DNA of 64,000 nt from an uncultured bacterium. GTDB taxonomy: Bacteria; Patescibacteriota; Microgenomatia; UBA1400; MFAQ01. Below the pieces are notes generated by a model. The model was not told the origin of the DNA. It searched no databases and saw only the letters and a program-made list of their open reading frames with translations. The position numbers and the translations under genes were made by a program. Positions 10,533 through 19,800 of this stretch are shown here, in pieces (position 1 is the stretch's first letter; every line of letters starts with the position of its first letter). The DNA lies in contig CAXBYW010000001.1 of NCBI GenBank assembly GCA_963980225.1, positions 99,301 to 163,300 on the forward strand, in the 5' to 3' direction.

Positions 10533-11560
10533 TGGGAACCGCCCGTTCCAAGACACTGATCTCCATAGGAATAATCCTTATTTTTAGTCTTATCACTATC
10601 TGGAGTACTGTCCCCAACTTATTTCTCTACCAACTTTCCTTCTTAGTTACCGGTGCCATCATCATGTATTACTTCTCGAAGTTAGATTTAAGGCTGATTT
10701 TAGGGTTATCAACCCCTCTTTATGCTCTCTCTGTCCTACTCTTACTATTAACCTTGTTTTTTGGGGAGAACATAAGAGGCTCAACCCGTTGGTTGAACCT
10801 AGGGCTATTCTCACTGCAAACGTCAGAGGTCGTTAAGGTGTTCTTAATATTTTTCTACGCTAACTTCTTGGCAAGTAAACAAAAGATATCTACGTACTTC
10901 CTGCTTGCTTTGGTTCCCTTTTTGTTGGTTTTAAAACAACCAGATCTAGGCTCGGCTCTTGTATTGCTTGCCATTCCCTTGGTTTTGTATGTTTCCAGCC
11001 GTTTCAACCCAAAAACCTTACTCATTCTGCTTATCTCAGCCATTGTCTTGGTTCCTGTGGGCTTAAAATTTGCCAAGCCATATCAGCTAGAAAGAATAGA
11101 AAGCTTTCTAAATCCATACTCTGACACAGCTGGTGGGGGATACAACGTCATCCAGTCTATTATCACCATAGGTTCGGGTAGGTTCATGGGTAAAGGGGTG
11201 AGTCTGGGTACTCAATCTCATCTAAATTTCCTACCAGAAAGACACACAGACTTTATCTTTGCCTCTTTTGTAGAAGAATTTGGCTTACTAGGTAGTATTC
11301 TCGTTCTTGCTAGCTTCTTTATGCTACTTCAGACCATGCTAAATACAGCCTCAAAACTTAAAGATACGGGTCTGTATCTAGCGCAAATTGCTATATTTAC
11401 CATTTTTGCCTTCCAGGCATTTGTAAACATCGGCATGAACTTGGGGTTAATGCCTGTAACAGGTATTACTCTTCCTTTGTTCTCCTATGGAGGTAGTTCT
11501 CTAATTAGCTCCTTAGCCTTGTTGGGTATCCAGTTAAAGCTAATTGATATAGCTGCTTAG
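10532..11560 (+). CDS. rodA: Rod shape-determining SEDS protein RodA
   Basis: QPDLGS, FLPERHTDFIF, PVTGITLPLFSYGGSS. Confidence 0.88.
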   Translation: MGTARSKTLISIGIILIFSLITIWSTVPNLFLYQLSFLVTGAIIMYYFSKLDLRLILGLSTPLYALSVLLLLLTLFFGENIRGSTRWLNLGLFSLQTSEVVKVFLIFFYANFLASKQKISTYFLLALVPFLLVLKQPDLGSALVLLAIPLVLYVSSRFNPKTLLILLISAIVLVPVGLKFAKPYQLERIESFLNPYSDTAGGGYNVIQSIITIGSGRFMGKGVSLGTQSHLNFLPERHTDFIFASFVEEFGLLGSILVLASFFMLLQTMLNTASKLKDTGLYLAQIAIFTIFAFQAFVNIGMNLGLMPVTGITLPLFSYGGSSLISSLALLGIQLKLIDIAA

Positions 11561-11562
11561 TC

Positions 11563-12562
11563 CGTAATCACTTCAGCACCTTGGCAACAAACTGAGTAGG
11601 TGTTTGTAAGTCTAAGCTTAAGTGTAGACGACGATTGTTGTAGTAATCAAGGTACTCCTTTAGATCTTTCCTGATTGTCTCTTCTTTGGGAAGCCTGCCT
11701 TGGAAACACTCATCTTGGATGGTTCTGTTAAAGCGTTCAATGTGGGCGTTGTCATTAGGTTTCCTGATTCTTGAGTATCTCAAGTTAATCTGGCTACGGC
11801 CTAGATCTGCCTGGAAACCATCTCTAAACTCCAAACCATTGTCAGTTTGTACCATGTTGAACTTGAACCCCAGTCTTTCTTGAGCACGGGATATCACTCT
11901 AAAACTGTACTTTTGTAGGAGGCGAGGATAGTACTCTGCATGAGCTAGACGAGAGTAAAGATCAATCACTGTATATATGTAGAAGCGAACATTGTTAGCC
12001 TTGACCAGATGAATGGTATCCATCTGCACTAAGTCTCCAGGAGCCAGTACCCTCGGTCTTGGTAGTGGAGAGTAGTACTTTGGTTGTTTTCTTCTCTTTC
12101 TAGTCAGACCCTGGCGTCTAAGGGTTCTCTCAACCGAAGACAGGCTAACCTTCACCCCTTCAAGTCTTAGGTGTTCATGAATCACCGGGGCACACCTGTC
12201 TCGAAGATTCTTTCTCAACTCAATGATCCTAGCCACAATCTCGGATTTAAGTTGATTGGGATGGCTGTGTGGAGCAGAAGGTAATGTCCACAAGAAGGTA
12301 TTGCCATACAACTTTCGCTCCTCCACCTTACGTATCCACCTCCACACAGTAGACCGATGTACTCCGTACTTAACAGCCGCCTCAGAAACCGTCAGTCTTC
12401 CCCAGACAACGTCGTTTCTGGCCTGCATTCTTGCTTTTGGAGCAAAAGGATTGGTAGTATATGACATAGGTAGGTGTTTTAATTACTAAAGCCTTCAAAC
12501 TTAAGTTTAAACACCTACCTACTGGTTTTGTAAAAAGTGTTGCCAAGGTATTGACGTATTGC
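11563..12562 (-). mobile_element. IS481-family insertion sequence (~1000 bp)
   Basis: Imperfect terminal inverted repeats (ACCTTGGCAACA 11578-11589 / TGTTGCCAAGGT 12538-12549); candidate 5-bp target duplication TAGTC at 11558-11562 and 12563-12567. Confidence 0.8.
11568..12467 (-). CDS. IS481-family DDE transposase (HTH + rve)
   Basis: N-terminal HTH, QMDT, QTDNGLEF, NAHIERFNRT, YNNRRLHLSL. Confidence 0.9.
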   Translation of the reverse strand: MSYTTNPFAPKARMQARNDVVWGRLTVSEAAVKYGVHRSTVWRWIRKVEERKLYGNTFLWTLPSAPHSHPNQLKSEIVARIIELRKNLRDRCAPVIHEHLRLEGVKVSLSSVERTLRRQGLTRKRRKQPKYYSPLPRPRVLAPGDLVQMDTIHLVKANNVRFYIYTVIDLYSRLAHAEYYPRLLQKYSFRVISRAQERLGFKFNMVQTDNGLEFRDGFQADLGRSQINLRYSRIRKPNDNAHIERFNRTIQDECFQGRLPKEETIRKDLKEYLDYYNNRRLHLSLDLQTPTQFVAKVLK

Positions 12563-12577
12563 TAGTCATCCTATAAC

Positions 12578-12606
12578 TTGACTTTTAGGGTATGGTTTGG
12601 TATATT
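12578..12606 (+). promoter_or_regulatory. sigma70-type promoter of orphan mini-operon
   Basis: TTGACT-17 bp-TATATT with TG extension. Confidence 0.65.
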
Positions 12607-12665
12607 AGATACATTATTCTCTCGCAAATTTACAATTCAATTTTATAGCCAAAGGAGGCTTGCTC

Positions 12666-13013
12666 ATGATACGTATCCAAACTTGTAATACGGCGTATGC
12701 CATCACTGCCACATTAATAGATGACATTGTAATGCTCTCTGTTGGGTTTGATGGTTCGCCACCAATAGCAGTTCAAGTACCCTGGAAGTTTTTGTGGAAC
12801 TGTTTATTTATGCCGGCCAATGGTGTAAAAAGGCACGACGTTGACAATTTAGAAAAAGTTGTTCATGATTCTTATGATGGAGTGCCAAGCATAGAACTCT
12901 GGCTCATTCCAGATAATGTAGATGACGCTAATCTCGTAATTGTTACATGGAAAGACATGAGAACAGCTCTTTTGGAAATCAAACCAACCAAAAGTGAGGT
13001 AAAAAATGACTGA
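12666..13013 (+). CDS. Hypothetical protein
   Basis: ORF with AAAGGAGG 12651-12658; ATG 12666 preferred. Confidence 0.6.
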   Translation: MIRIQTCNTAYAITATLIDDIVMLSVGFDGSPPIAVQVPWKFLWNCLFMPANGVKRHDVDNLEKVVHDSYDGVPSIELWLIPDNVDDANLVIVTWKDMRTALLEIKPTKSEVKND

Positions 13014-13299
13014 TCAAGTAAATCAATCGATTGATTATACTAAGCTTTCTTCCGAAGACCTTGCAGAGCTAGCTCAAATTGAGACTGGTGCCGCTTGGGA
13101 ATACCTAGATCGTCAGAAAGAGCAAGAAAGACGCCGTGAAACAGAGCAGGAAATAGAACGTTTGGAAGCACAAGGATGTTCTCCAGATAGTGAGGGTATT
13201 TGCAACTGCGACTTTTGTGTTCACGGAGTCGAAGATGATGATCAGCCTCGCCAATACTGGCACACAGAACCTCCCGGTGGGCACAACAGCTGGGAATAG
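13006..13299 (+). CDS. Hypothetical acidic Cys-rich protein
   Basis: GAGG SD, coupled to upstream ORF, CNCDFC motif. Confidence 0.6.
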   Translation: MTDQVNQSIDYTKLSSEDLAELAQIETGAAWEYLDRQKEQERRRETEQEIERLEAQGCSPDSEGICNCDFCVHGVEDDDQPRQYWHTEPPGGHNSWE

Positions 13300-13331
13300 T
13301 TCCTTCTACTCTTATAGCCAAGGGAGGCTAA

Positions 13332-13478
13332 ATGTTCAACAAGAATTTTACTAAAATAACCCTTCCGATAAGCTCCTTTATCATCTCAATCATCTCGTTT
13401 ATGATATTTTGGAAACTTTTCCAAAAACATCGTCATCTAGAGATAGAAGGTTACGATCATCGGATCGAAAACTCTTAA
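13332..13478 (+). CDS. Small membrane peptide (48 aa; not in ORF track)
   Basis: GGGAGG SD; MFNKNFTKITLPISSFIISIISFMIFWKLF... single TM. Confidence 0.5.
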   Translation: MFNKNFTKITLPISSFIISIISFMIFWKLFQKHRHLEIEGYDHRIENS

Positions 13479-13512
13479 GTAGACTTCAAAATAGACTCAA
13501 TAAGAGAAACAA

Positions 13513-13565
13513 CCACTCAAGGAATCACAGAATACTTCTGTTGATAACCTTGGGTGGCTTTTTTT
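13513..13565 (+). terminator. Intrinsic terminator (CAGAA-nnn-TTCTG family)
   Basis: CCACTCAAGG...CAGAATACTTCTG...CCTTGGGTGG + T7. Confidence 0.7.
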
Positions 13566-13626
13566 ATGTAAATTTTGCTTTGTAATCCTTGCTTTTTCAC
13601 GCCCCTACGGGCTATAATCAACCACG

Positions 13627-13956
13627 ATGGCAACCAAAAAACTTAAATCAGTAGCAGTAATCGAAATCTCTCCACGACAGTTTCTAGTCAAAGAGGGAGA
13701 TATCTTGGTTGTAAACAACCTACACCTTAAAGAAAAAGAAGTTATTACCCCTGAAGTTCTTCTAACCTTCGATGGTGAAAAGACCAAGATAGGCCAACCT
13801 TTCATTAAGGGTGCCGTAGTTAAACTAGAGCACATAGAAACTAAAAAGGGTGAAAAAATCAGAGTCTCAAGATTCAAAGCTAAATCAAGATATAGAAAAG
13901 TAAAAGGTAGCCGACAACTACAGACACATCTAAAGGTCAAAACCGTCAAAATCTAA
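13627..13956 (+). CDS. rplU: 50S ribosomal protein L21
   Basis: QFLVKEGD, IGQPFIKGA, KGEKIRV..FKAKSRYRKVKGSRQ. Confidence 0.92.
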   Translation: MATKKLKSVAVIEISPRQFLVKEGDILVVNNLHLKEKEVITPEVLLTFDGEKTKIGQPFIKGAVVKLEHIETKKGEKIRVSRFKAKSRYRKVKGSRQLQTHLKVKTVKI

Positions 13957-13961
13957 ATAAA

Positions 13962-14816
13962 ATGGACTTCGTCTTCCACCTAGGCTTCAATGAAGAGCTA
14001 GCCAAGCTTGAGTTAGAAACAGCTCTAGGTAAGTCCGTTACTAAAATAGCCACCCGACAGTATCTCGTAAAAGTAGATAATTTCTCCACTCTAAACACCT
14101 TAGCTCATCGTCTGGGTGGTTTAGTAGAAGTCAGAGGTGAAACGAGCGACAAACTTGTCTGGCGTCATCAGGCCAAGGCTTGGTACAAGCGAGACCGCTT
14201 AAAACCTTTTGCAGATGGAAGAAAAGGTATGTTACCTCCTAAGGTTGCTCGTATTATGGTCAACTTAGCCTTAGGGAAAGACTACAAAAAAGACCAGGTC
14301 TTACTCGACCCATTCTGTGGTTCAGGTAACATTCTTATGGAAGCCGGAATGCTAAAGATCAAACTTATTGGTGTAGATATCAACGAGGAACAGCTAGAAG
14401 GTACTAGAAAAAACCTAAACTGGTTAGAAATTAAAAGCTTTAATCTGTTCAAGTTAGACGCCACTCAGCTATCAAAACACTTAAAGACCAAGATAGACTA
14501 CATAGTCACTGAACCTTTTATGGGTAAGCCTAACTTAAGGCCAGACAGAATAAAATACGTTGCCAAAGGGCTCCACAAGCTATATTTAGGTGTTCTAAAA
14601 AATTGGTTACATATTCTTAACCCAGGGGGTACGGTCTGTATGGTTTTTCCCGTTTTCCAAGACGAGAAGAAAACTTACCATTTAAGTGATGTAATTGACG
14701 ATAAATCCCTGGTAGGTTACAATATTAAAACTAGAGGATTAATTTACTCAAGACCGCACTCTAAATTAAAAAGAGAGATCGTGGTTCTAAAGAAAAAAAT
14801 AACTAAAAATGTCTAA
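13962..14816 (+). CDS. SAM-dependent methyltransferase (Trm11/UPF0020-like)
   Basis: [26 protein letters not shown] motifs. Confidence 0.75.
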   Translation: MDFVFHLGFNEELAKLELETALGKSVTKIATRQYLVKVDNFSTLNTLAHRLGGLVEVRGETSDKLVWRHQAKAWYKRDRLKPFADGRKGMLPPKVARIMVNLALGKDYKKDQVLLDPFCGSGNILMEAGMLKIKLIGVDINEEQLEGTRKNLNWLEIKSFNLFKLDATQLSKHLKTKIDYIVTEPFMGKPNLRPDRIKYVAKGLHKLYLGVLKNWLHILNPGGTVCMVFPVFQDEKKTYHLSDVIDDKSLVGYNIKTRGLIYSRPHSKLKREIVVLKKKITKNV

Positions 14817-15069
14817 AGTAAAATCAGGTGGAGCAGTCCGACAACATTCCCAAAAGAAACGACACGGTAAAAGTCTTGGTGTAAAGTTGTTTGGTGGCCA
14901 AGCCGTAAAAACAGGTCAGATCATTGCTCGCCAACGTGGATCTAAGTTTCATGCTGGTGACAACACCAAGCAAGGTAAGGACTTTACTTTATTTGCTATG
15001 CAAGACGGCTTCGTAAAATTCAAGAAACGACACGGTAAAAATTATGTAGACGTAGTAACTCAAGAATAA
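14809..15069 (+). CDS. rpmA: 50S ribosomal protein L27
   Basis: [30 protein letters not shown]. Confidence 0.95.
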   Translation: MSKVKSGGAVRQHSQKKRHGKSLGVKLFGGQAVKTGQIIARQRGSKFHAGDNTKQGKDFTLFAMQDGFVKFKKRHGKNYVDVVTQE

Positions 15070-16112
15070 TGGCCGACCCAGGAGTCATTCGTCTACCTAT
15101 AACCAATCTCCAACCAAATCCGTTACAACCTCGTGGAGTGATCACTCCCGATTCTCTATCCGAGCTAGTAGACTCCATAAAAAAACATGGGGTTCTCCAA
15201 CCATTAACTGTTGCTCACACTCCTGCAGGTCACCAGATTATTGCTGGTGAAAGACGATGGAGAGCTTCCAAGATAGCTGGACTTACCGAGGTACCTGTTA
15301 ACATAGTCAAGACCACTCCTCAGGGAATGCTAGAAATGGCTATCGTTGAAAATGTCCAAAGAACCGATCTAAATCCAGTAGATAGAGCCAAGTCATTCGA
15401 TCGCTTAATCAGCGAGTTCGGTTTATCAAACTCCGAGATTGCCGGTCGTGTTTCCAAAAGCCCAGCTTTTGTAAGTAACTCCCTAAGATTGTTAGAGTTA
15501 CCAGATGCTTTAAAAGACGGCCTTATCTCCAATGTCATTTCCGAGGGTCATGCCAGAGCCTTAGCCGCTATACCCGACACTCAAGCAATGATAGAGGCTT
15601 ACAAGATGATTCTTAAAGAAGGTGGTTCTGTAAGAAGAGCAGAAGCTCTAGCTAGAATCTTTAAAAGCAAATTAGAAAAACCAACCGCTACCCAAAATTC
15701 ATCTAAAGCAAAAATAGTAAATGAGCTGATTGCCGAGATGGCCAACAGTCTACAAAGCTCTCTAGGTAAAAACACTAGCGTCAAGATGCGTCGCTCCAGA
15801 GTAGAAACCGCTATCCAGATCGTCTTAAAAGGCACACCAGAAGAAACAGAGAGTCAACTAGAAAAAATATATAAATCACTATCCAACAAAACATCTAAAC
15901 CTACTAAAGTTAAGGAAACTCCAAAACCAGCTCCAAAAGTAACCCCAGAGCCAGCCGTAGAACCAAAACCCGTTAAGGCAGCTCCTATTCCAGAGCCAGT
16001 CAAACCTCCAGAACCAGTTAAAGCTCCAGAATACTCCAACCCATTTGAACCTCTCACCGCAGAAGATACACCAAAAGTTGCAGATGACAAAGCAGAGTTT
16101 CCCGACTACTAA
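15069..16112 (+). CDS. parB: ParB/Spo0J partition protein with Pro-rich tail
   Basis: PNPLQPR, IIAGERRWRA, ENVQR.DL, SEGHARAL. Confidence 0.9.
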   Translation: MADPGVIRLPITNLQPNPLQPRGVITPDSLSELVDSIKKHGVLQPLTVAHTPAGHQIIAGERRWRASKIAGLTEVPVNIVKTTPQGMLEMAIVENVQRTDLNPVDRAKSFDRLISEFGLSNSEIAGRVSKSPAFVSNSLRLLELPDALKDGLISNVISEGHARALAAIPDTQAMIEAYKMILKEGGSVRRAEALARIFKSKLEKPTATQNSSKAKIVNELIAEMANSLQSSLGKNTSVKMRRSRVETAIQIVLKGTPEETESQLEKIYKSLSNKTSKPTKVKETPKPAPKVTPEPAVEPKPVKAAPIPEPVKPPEPVKAPEYSNPFEPLTAEDTPKVADDKAEFPDY

Positions 16113-16669
16113 AGATTAGGATTCGTAATTGTTCCAATAGTTTCAGAAGGCCAGTATCTAAAGAATGCTCTACCTACAATATTCTCATATGGTACAGGTC
16201 CCCAGTCTCTACTATCTGAAGAGTGGTCGCGATTATCTCCAATGGCGATTATTGTAGAGTCTTGCACCAAGTACTCCATTCCATCCCTTAAAAATCGTCC
16301 TCCAGAAGTTGTGTAATCATTGGGTAAATATGGTTCCTCTAGTTTTTCTCCATTTAGGTAAACATATCCTCCTTGAATTAGGATTGTGTCACCCGGAACT
16401 GCCAGTACTCGCTTAATAAAGTCAAAGTTTTCATCTAATGGGGACTTGAACACAATCACATCACCTCTTGCGGGGTCTCGTCTCTTTAGGGTCACCTTGT
16501 CTGTTAAGAGATACTGTCCAGTTTCAAAGGTGGGGAACATAGAGCTTCCTTTTACTTGATGTGGTTGCATCAAAAAAAGATAAACTACCACAAACACAGA
16601 TGCCGAGACCACAAAAGCCTCAATCATCTCATAAACAATCTTAAATATTTTCTTTACAACACTCACCAC
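16109..16669 (-). CDS. lepB: Signal peptidase I
   Basis: GSSMFPT, FIKRV, GDNRDHSSDSR. Confidence 0.93.
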   Translation of the reverse strand: MVSVVKKIFKIVYEMIEAFVVSASVFVVVYLFLMQPHQVKGSSMFPTFETGQYLLTDKVTLKRRDPARGDVIVFKSPLDENFDFIKRVLAVPGDTILIQGGYVYLNGEKLEEPYLPNDYTTSGGRFLRDGMEYLVQDSTIIAIGDNRDHSSDSRDWGPVPYENIVGRAFFRYWPSETIGTITNPNL

Positions 16670-16706
16670 TCAAGTCTACGCTGGTTGATATAATTATGCA
16701 ATAAAA

Positions 16707-16780
16707 GGACTCGTAGCTCAGCTGGTCAGAGCGCGGCATTCACATTGCCGAGGTCACAGGTTCGAAACCTGTCGAGTCCA
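16707..16780 (+). tRNA. tRNA-Val(CAC)
   Basis: GGACTCG/CGAGTCC acceptor, CGGCA-TTCACAT-TGCCG anticodon arm, GTTCGAAA T-loop. Confidence 0.93.
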
Positions 16781-16910
16781 CACGAATTTATTATTAAGAG
16801 GAAGGTGAAACCTCATCACTCTATCAGTAAAAATATTATAGACCAATTTGCTTTTACTACAATATTTTAAGCAATTTCATTGTCTTTTGATCTATCTTCA
16901 CTATTATCGT

Positions 16911-17360
16911 TTACTTTTTTGATTTTTTACTCAGTAGGTAAGATGTCACAGCAATTATCGATGCCCAAGTAATGAAACTATTTCCTGTTTGACCTGAAGA
17001 TTTATTTGTCCCCTTAACTTCTCCTTTTCTGGGAGAGAGACTTAACTTAAGTGATGGAGTTGGTGTAATTTTCTTGATGCATGAATTACCAACTTCTTTA
17101 TATCCAGAATTACACATCCAGGTGTCTGAATTACTATTCACAGCATATGCATTTAAAGGAACCTTTACGCAATAACTCCTATTTACTGAAACCGTATAGC
17201 CGCCATTACATGAACATTTTCCTGTCCCAGAATCATATACGGAATTAGCCGGGCAACGAACACTGGTTCTTTTTGGAGGAGTATAGCTTGGAGGAGTATA
17301 GCCACCATTGTGGTAATGATATGTTCCAGCACATGATCCGACGTTACAATTCATCAACAA
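16911..17360 (-). CDS. YHYH-motif Cys-rich surface protein, probably 5'-truncated
   Basis: YHYHN, EGF-like Cys repeats, C-terminal TM; no signal peptide. Confidence 0.5.
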   Translation of the reverse strand: MLMNCNVGSCAGTYHYHNGGYTPPSYTPPKRTSVRCPANSVYDSGTGKCSCNGGYTVSVNRSYCVKVPLNAYAVNSNSDTWMCNSGYKEVGNSCIKKITPTPSLKLSLSPRKGEVKGTNKSSGQTGNSFITWASIIAVTSYLLSKKSKK

Positions 17361-17563
17361 TATTTATAGTTGCATAGGGGATCCAACTTGACTTTTATTC
17401 AATGGCTTACGGCAAACGACATATCAATATTTTTTACGTATACTCAGAGCGTCTCTTCCAAGAAGGAAGCCAAAGGATCAAATCTCATCAATTTCGCAGA
17501 GAAAGTTTAAGGTAATTAAAAAATTAGCTTGATAGTCACGTATCTATTAGATAATCAAATATA

Positions 17564-18718
17564 ATGGTATGTATGTCAAAAGAAAAAAAGCTTAAAATAG
17601 CAATCTTTCATAATTTACCTCAGGGTGGAGCTAAAAGATATTTATATGAGATTACAAGGAGGTTGTCAGAAAAATATGATATTGATGAATACAAAATAGA
17701 TACGGCTTCTCCTTATTTAGATTTATCACAAATCGTACAATCTTCAAAATCTTATCATTACCGTGGTGGAAGTGGAATAACGTCGATGGTTCGATCAATT
17801 GTAAAGTTACCTAAAGTTCATAAGCAAATAAGTGATGATGTCAATCTTGGTCAATATGACTTAGTTATTACAAATCACGATTATTTCACCAAAAGTCCAT
17901 ATCTACATAGATATTTAAGCGTACCGTGTGTATATATATGTCACGAGCCTCAAAGGGAGTTTTATGAAAAACAAAGTATTCATGCTCCCAGGTTTAGAGA
18001 AAAATTAGTGAACATATTAAGATATCCAATAAAATATATAGACATAATCAATACGAAAGCAGCATGTAATCTAATAGCTAATTCAAAATACTCACAAAAA
18101 TATTTAAAAAAAGTCTATGGATTAAGATCAAGCATGGTATATCCAGGTGTTGATAGTAAAGAATTTCTTTCTTCAGATAAAAAAGAAAACTTTGTTTTGG
18201 CTATCGGAAGCCTAAGTCCAATCAAAGGGCACGATTTTATTATCAAATCTCTTGGAAAGATTGAGAAACAACACAGACCATCCTTGACTGTTGTTGGTAG
18301 GTCTAATCAATATTACAAAGAAAAATTAGTTAAAATATCAAAAATAAATGGCGTTAAGCTCAGAACTCTAAGTCAAGTCTCTGACGTACAACTAAAAAAG
18401 ATGCTTTCATCTTCTTTAGCATATGTGTCTGGTGCTTACAGAGAACCATTTGGTTTGTGTATTTTAGAAGCCATGGCTTCTCAGACACCAGCTATAGTCG
18501 TTGAAGGAGGTGGAGCTGGTGAGCAGATAAAAAATGGTATTGATGGTTTTATAGTAAAACGAGACGAAGGTGAATTTGCTGATAAGCTTCTCATCATTAT
18601 AAAAAATAAAAAGAAAAGATCTATGGGGATAAAGGCTAAGGAAAGTATGAGGGATTGGACTTGGGAGCAATCAGCTAAAAAGTTAGATGAAATAATTAAA
18701 AAGAAAATCAAGCAATGA
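17564..18718 (+). CDS. Glycosyltransferase family 4
   Basis: GGAKR, EPFGLCILEAMAS. Confidence 0.9.
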   Translation: MVCMSKEKKLKIAIFHNLPQGGAKRYLYEITRRLSEKYDIDEYKIDTASPYLDLSQIVQSSKSYHYRGGSGITSMVRSIVKLPKVHKQISDDVNLGQYDLVITNHDYFTKSPYLHRYLSVPCVYICHEPQREFYEKQSIHAPRFREKLVNILRYPIKYIDIINTKAACNLIANSKYSQKYLKKVYGLRSSMVYPGVDSKEFLSSDKKENFVLAIGSLSPIKGHDFIIKSLGKIEKQHRPSLTVVGRSNQYYKEKLVKISKINGVKLRTLSQVSDVQLKKMLSSSLAYVSGAYREPFGLCILEAMASQTPAIVVEGGGAGEQIKNGIDGFIVKRDEGEFADKLLIIIKNKKKRSMGIKAKESMRDWTWEQSAKKLDEIIKKKIKQ

Positions 18719-19800
18719 AAATTTCAGTTATCCGAGGAGCATTTTTGAACCCATTTGAGTTGCAAAACTACTACCCACTAGCCAAACGCCATAATGTCCA
18801 AGCAGTTTCTTCTTTAACGCCAATAAGCTCACAAATTAAACTGCCACTTAAAAAACTTTTAAGCCCCACTGATCTATGTGAATTCCCTTACAAATACTCT
18901 GTCCTTAACCGCGTCTTCAAAGATGCCCACTATCTCTTTGGTCTAGAAAAAGTAATAAAAGGGTCTGACATAGTTCACGTAGCCGAAACCTACTACAACT
19001 ATACCCTTCAAGCAATCAAGGCCAAAAGAAAGGGTTTAGTAAAGAAAGTAATCAGCACAGTTTGGGAGGTAATTCCTTTTAACAACGAAAGCTTGTCTGG
19101 CAGACGAGGAATAAAAAAGATTGCAAGAAAAGAGATAGACCACTTCATTACTCCCACCAACTTAGCCAAAAAAGCTTTACTTAAAGAAGGAATCTCTGCA
19201 AAAAAAATAACTGTAATACCTATGGGAATAGACCTTGATAGGTTCAAGCCTACCACCTCTGGTTCGAAGGTCAAGGGAGAAGTAACCATTCTCTTTATCG
19301 GTCGACTAGAAGAATCAAAAGGTGCAGACAATCTAGTTAAGGCTTTCATTAAGTTAAGCAAAAGTATTCTCAACCTGAAATTAAACTTAGTAGGGCAGGG
19401 GACACTAGAAGAAAAAATCACCACCTATAAAAACATCTCTCTAAAAACCGTCCACTACGACAAAATCCACTTAGAGTACCAAAAAGCAGACATCTTTTGT
19501 CTGCCAAGCCAAAATACTCCTACCTGGCAAGAGCAATATGGCATGGTCTTAGTAGAAGCCATGGCGAGTGGTCTGTCCATACTCACTACCGATACGGGAG
19601 CCATTAAAGAGGTCTGTGAGTCTGCCGCCGTTTACACAAAAGGATCTGTTCAAGCTTTGCATGATGGTTTAAAAAAACTTGTCTTGGATCATAAGAAAAG
19701 AAAGGAATTGGCAATAAAGGCCCGTCAACGTGCTGTTTCAAGGTACAATTCCCTAGATACGGCCAAGAAGATAGCCAAGGTATACAAAGATGTCTATTAA
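18715..19800 (+). CDS. Glycosyltransferase family 4
   Basis: FIGRLEESKG, EQYGMVLVEAMASG. Confidence 0.9.
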   Translation: MKISVIRGAFLNPFELQNYYPLAKRHNVQAVSSLTPISSQIKLPLKKLLSPTDLCEFPYKYSVLNRVFKDAHYLFGLEKVIKGSDIVHVAETYYNYTLQAIKAKRKGLVKKVISTVWEVIPFNNESLSGRRGIKKIARKEIDHFITPTNLAKKALLKEGISAKKITVIPMGIDLDRFKPTTSGSKVKGEVTILFIGRLEESKGADNLVKAFIKLSKSILNLKLNLVGQGTLEEKITTYKNISLKTVHYDKIHLEYQKADIFCLPSQNTPTWQEQYGMVLVEAMASGLSILTTDTGAIKEVCESAAVYTKGSVQALHDGLKKLVLDHKKRKELAIKARQRAVSRYNSLDTAKKIAKVYKDVY

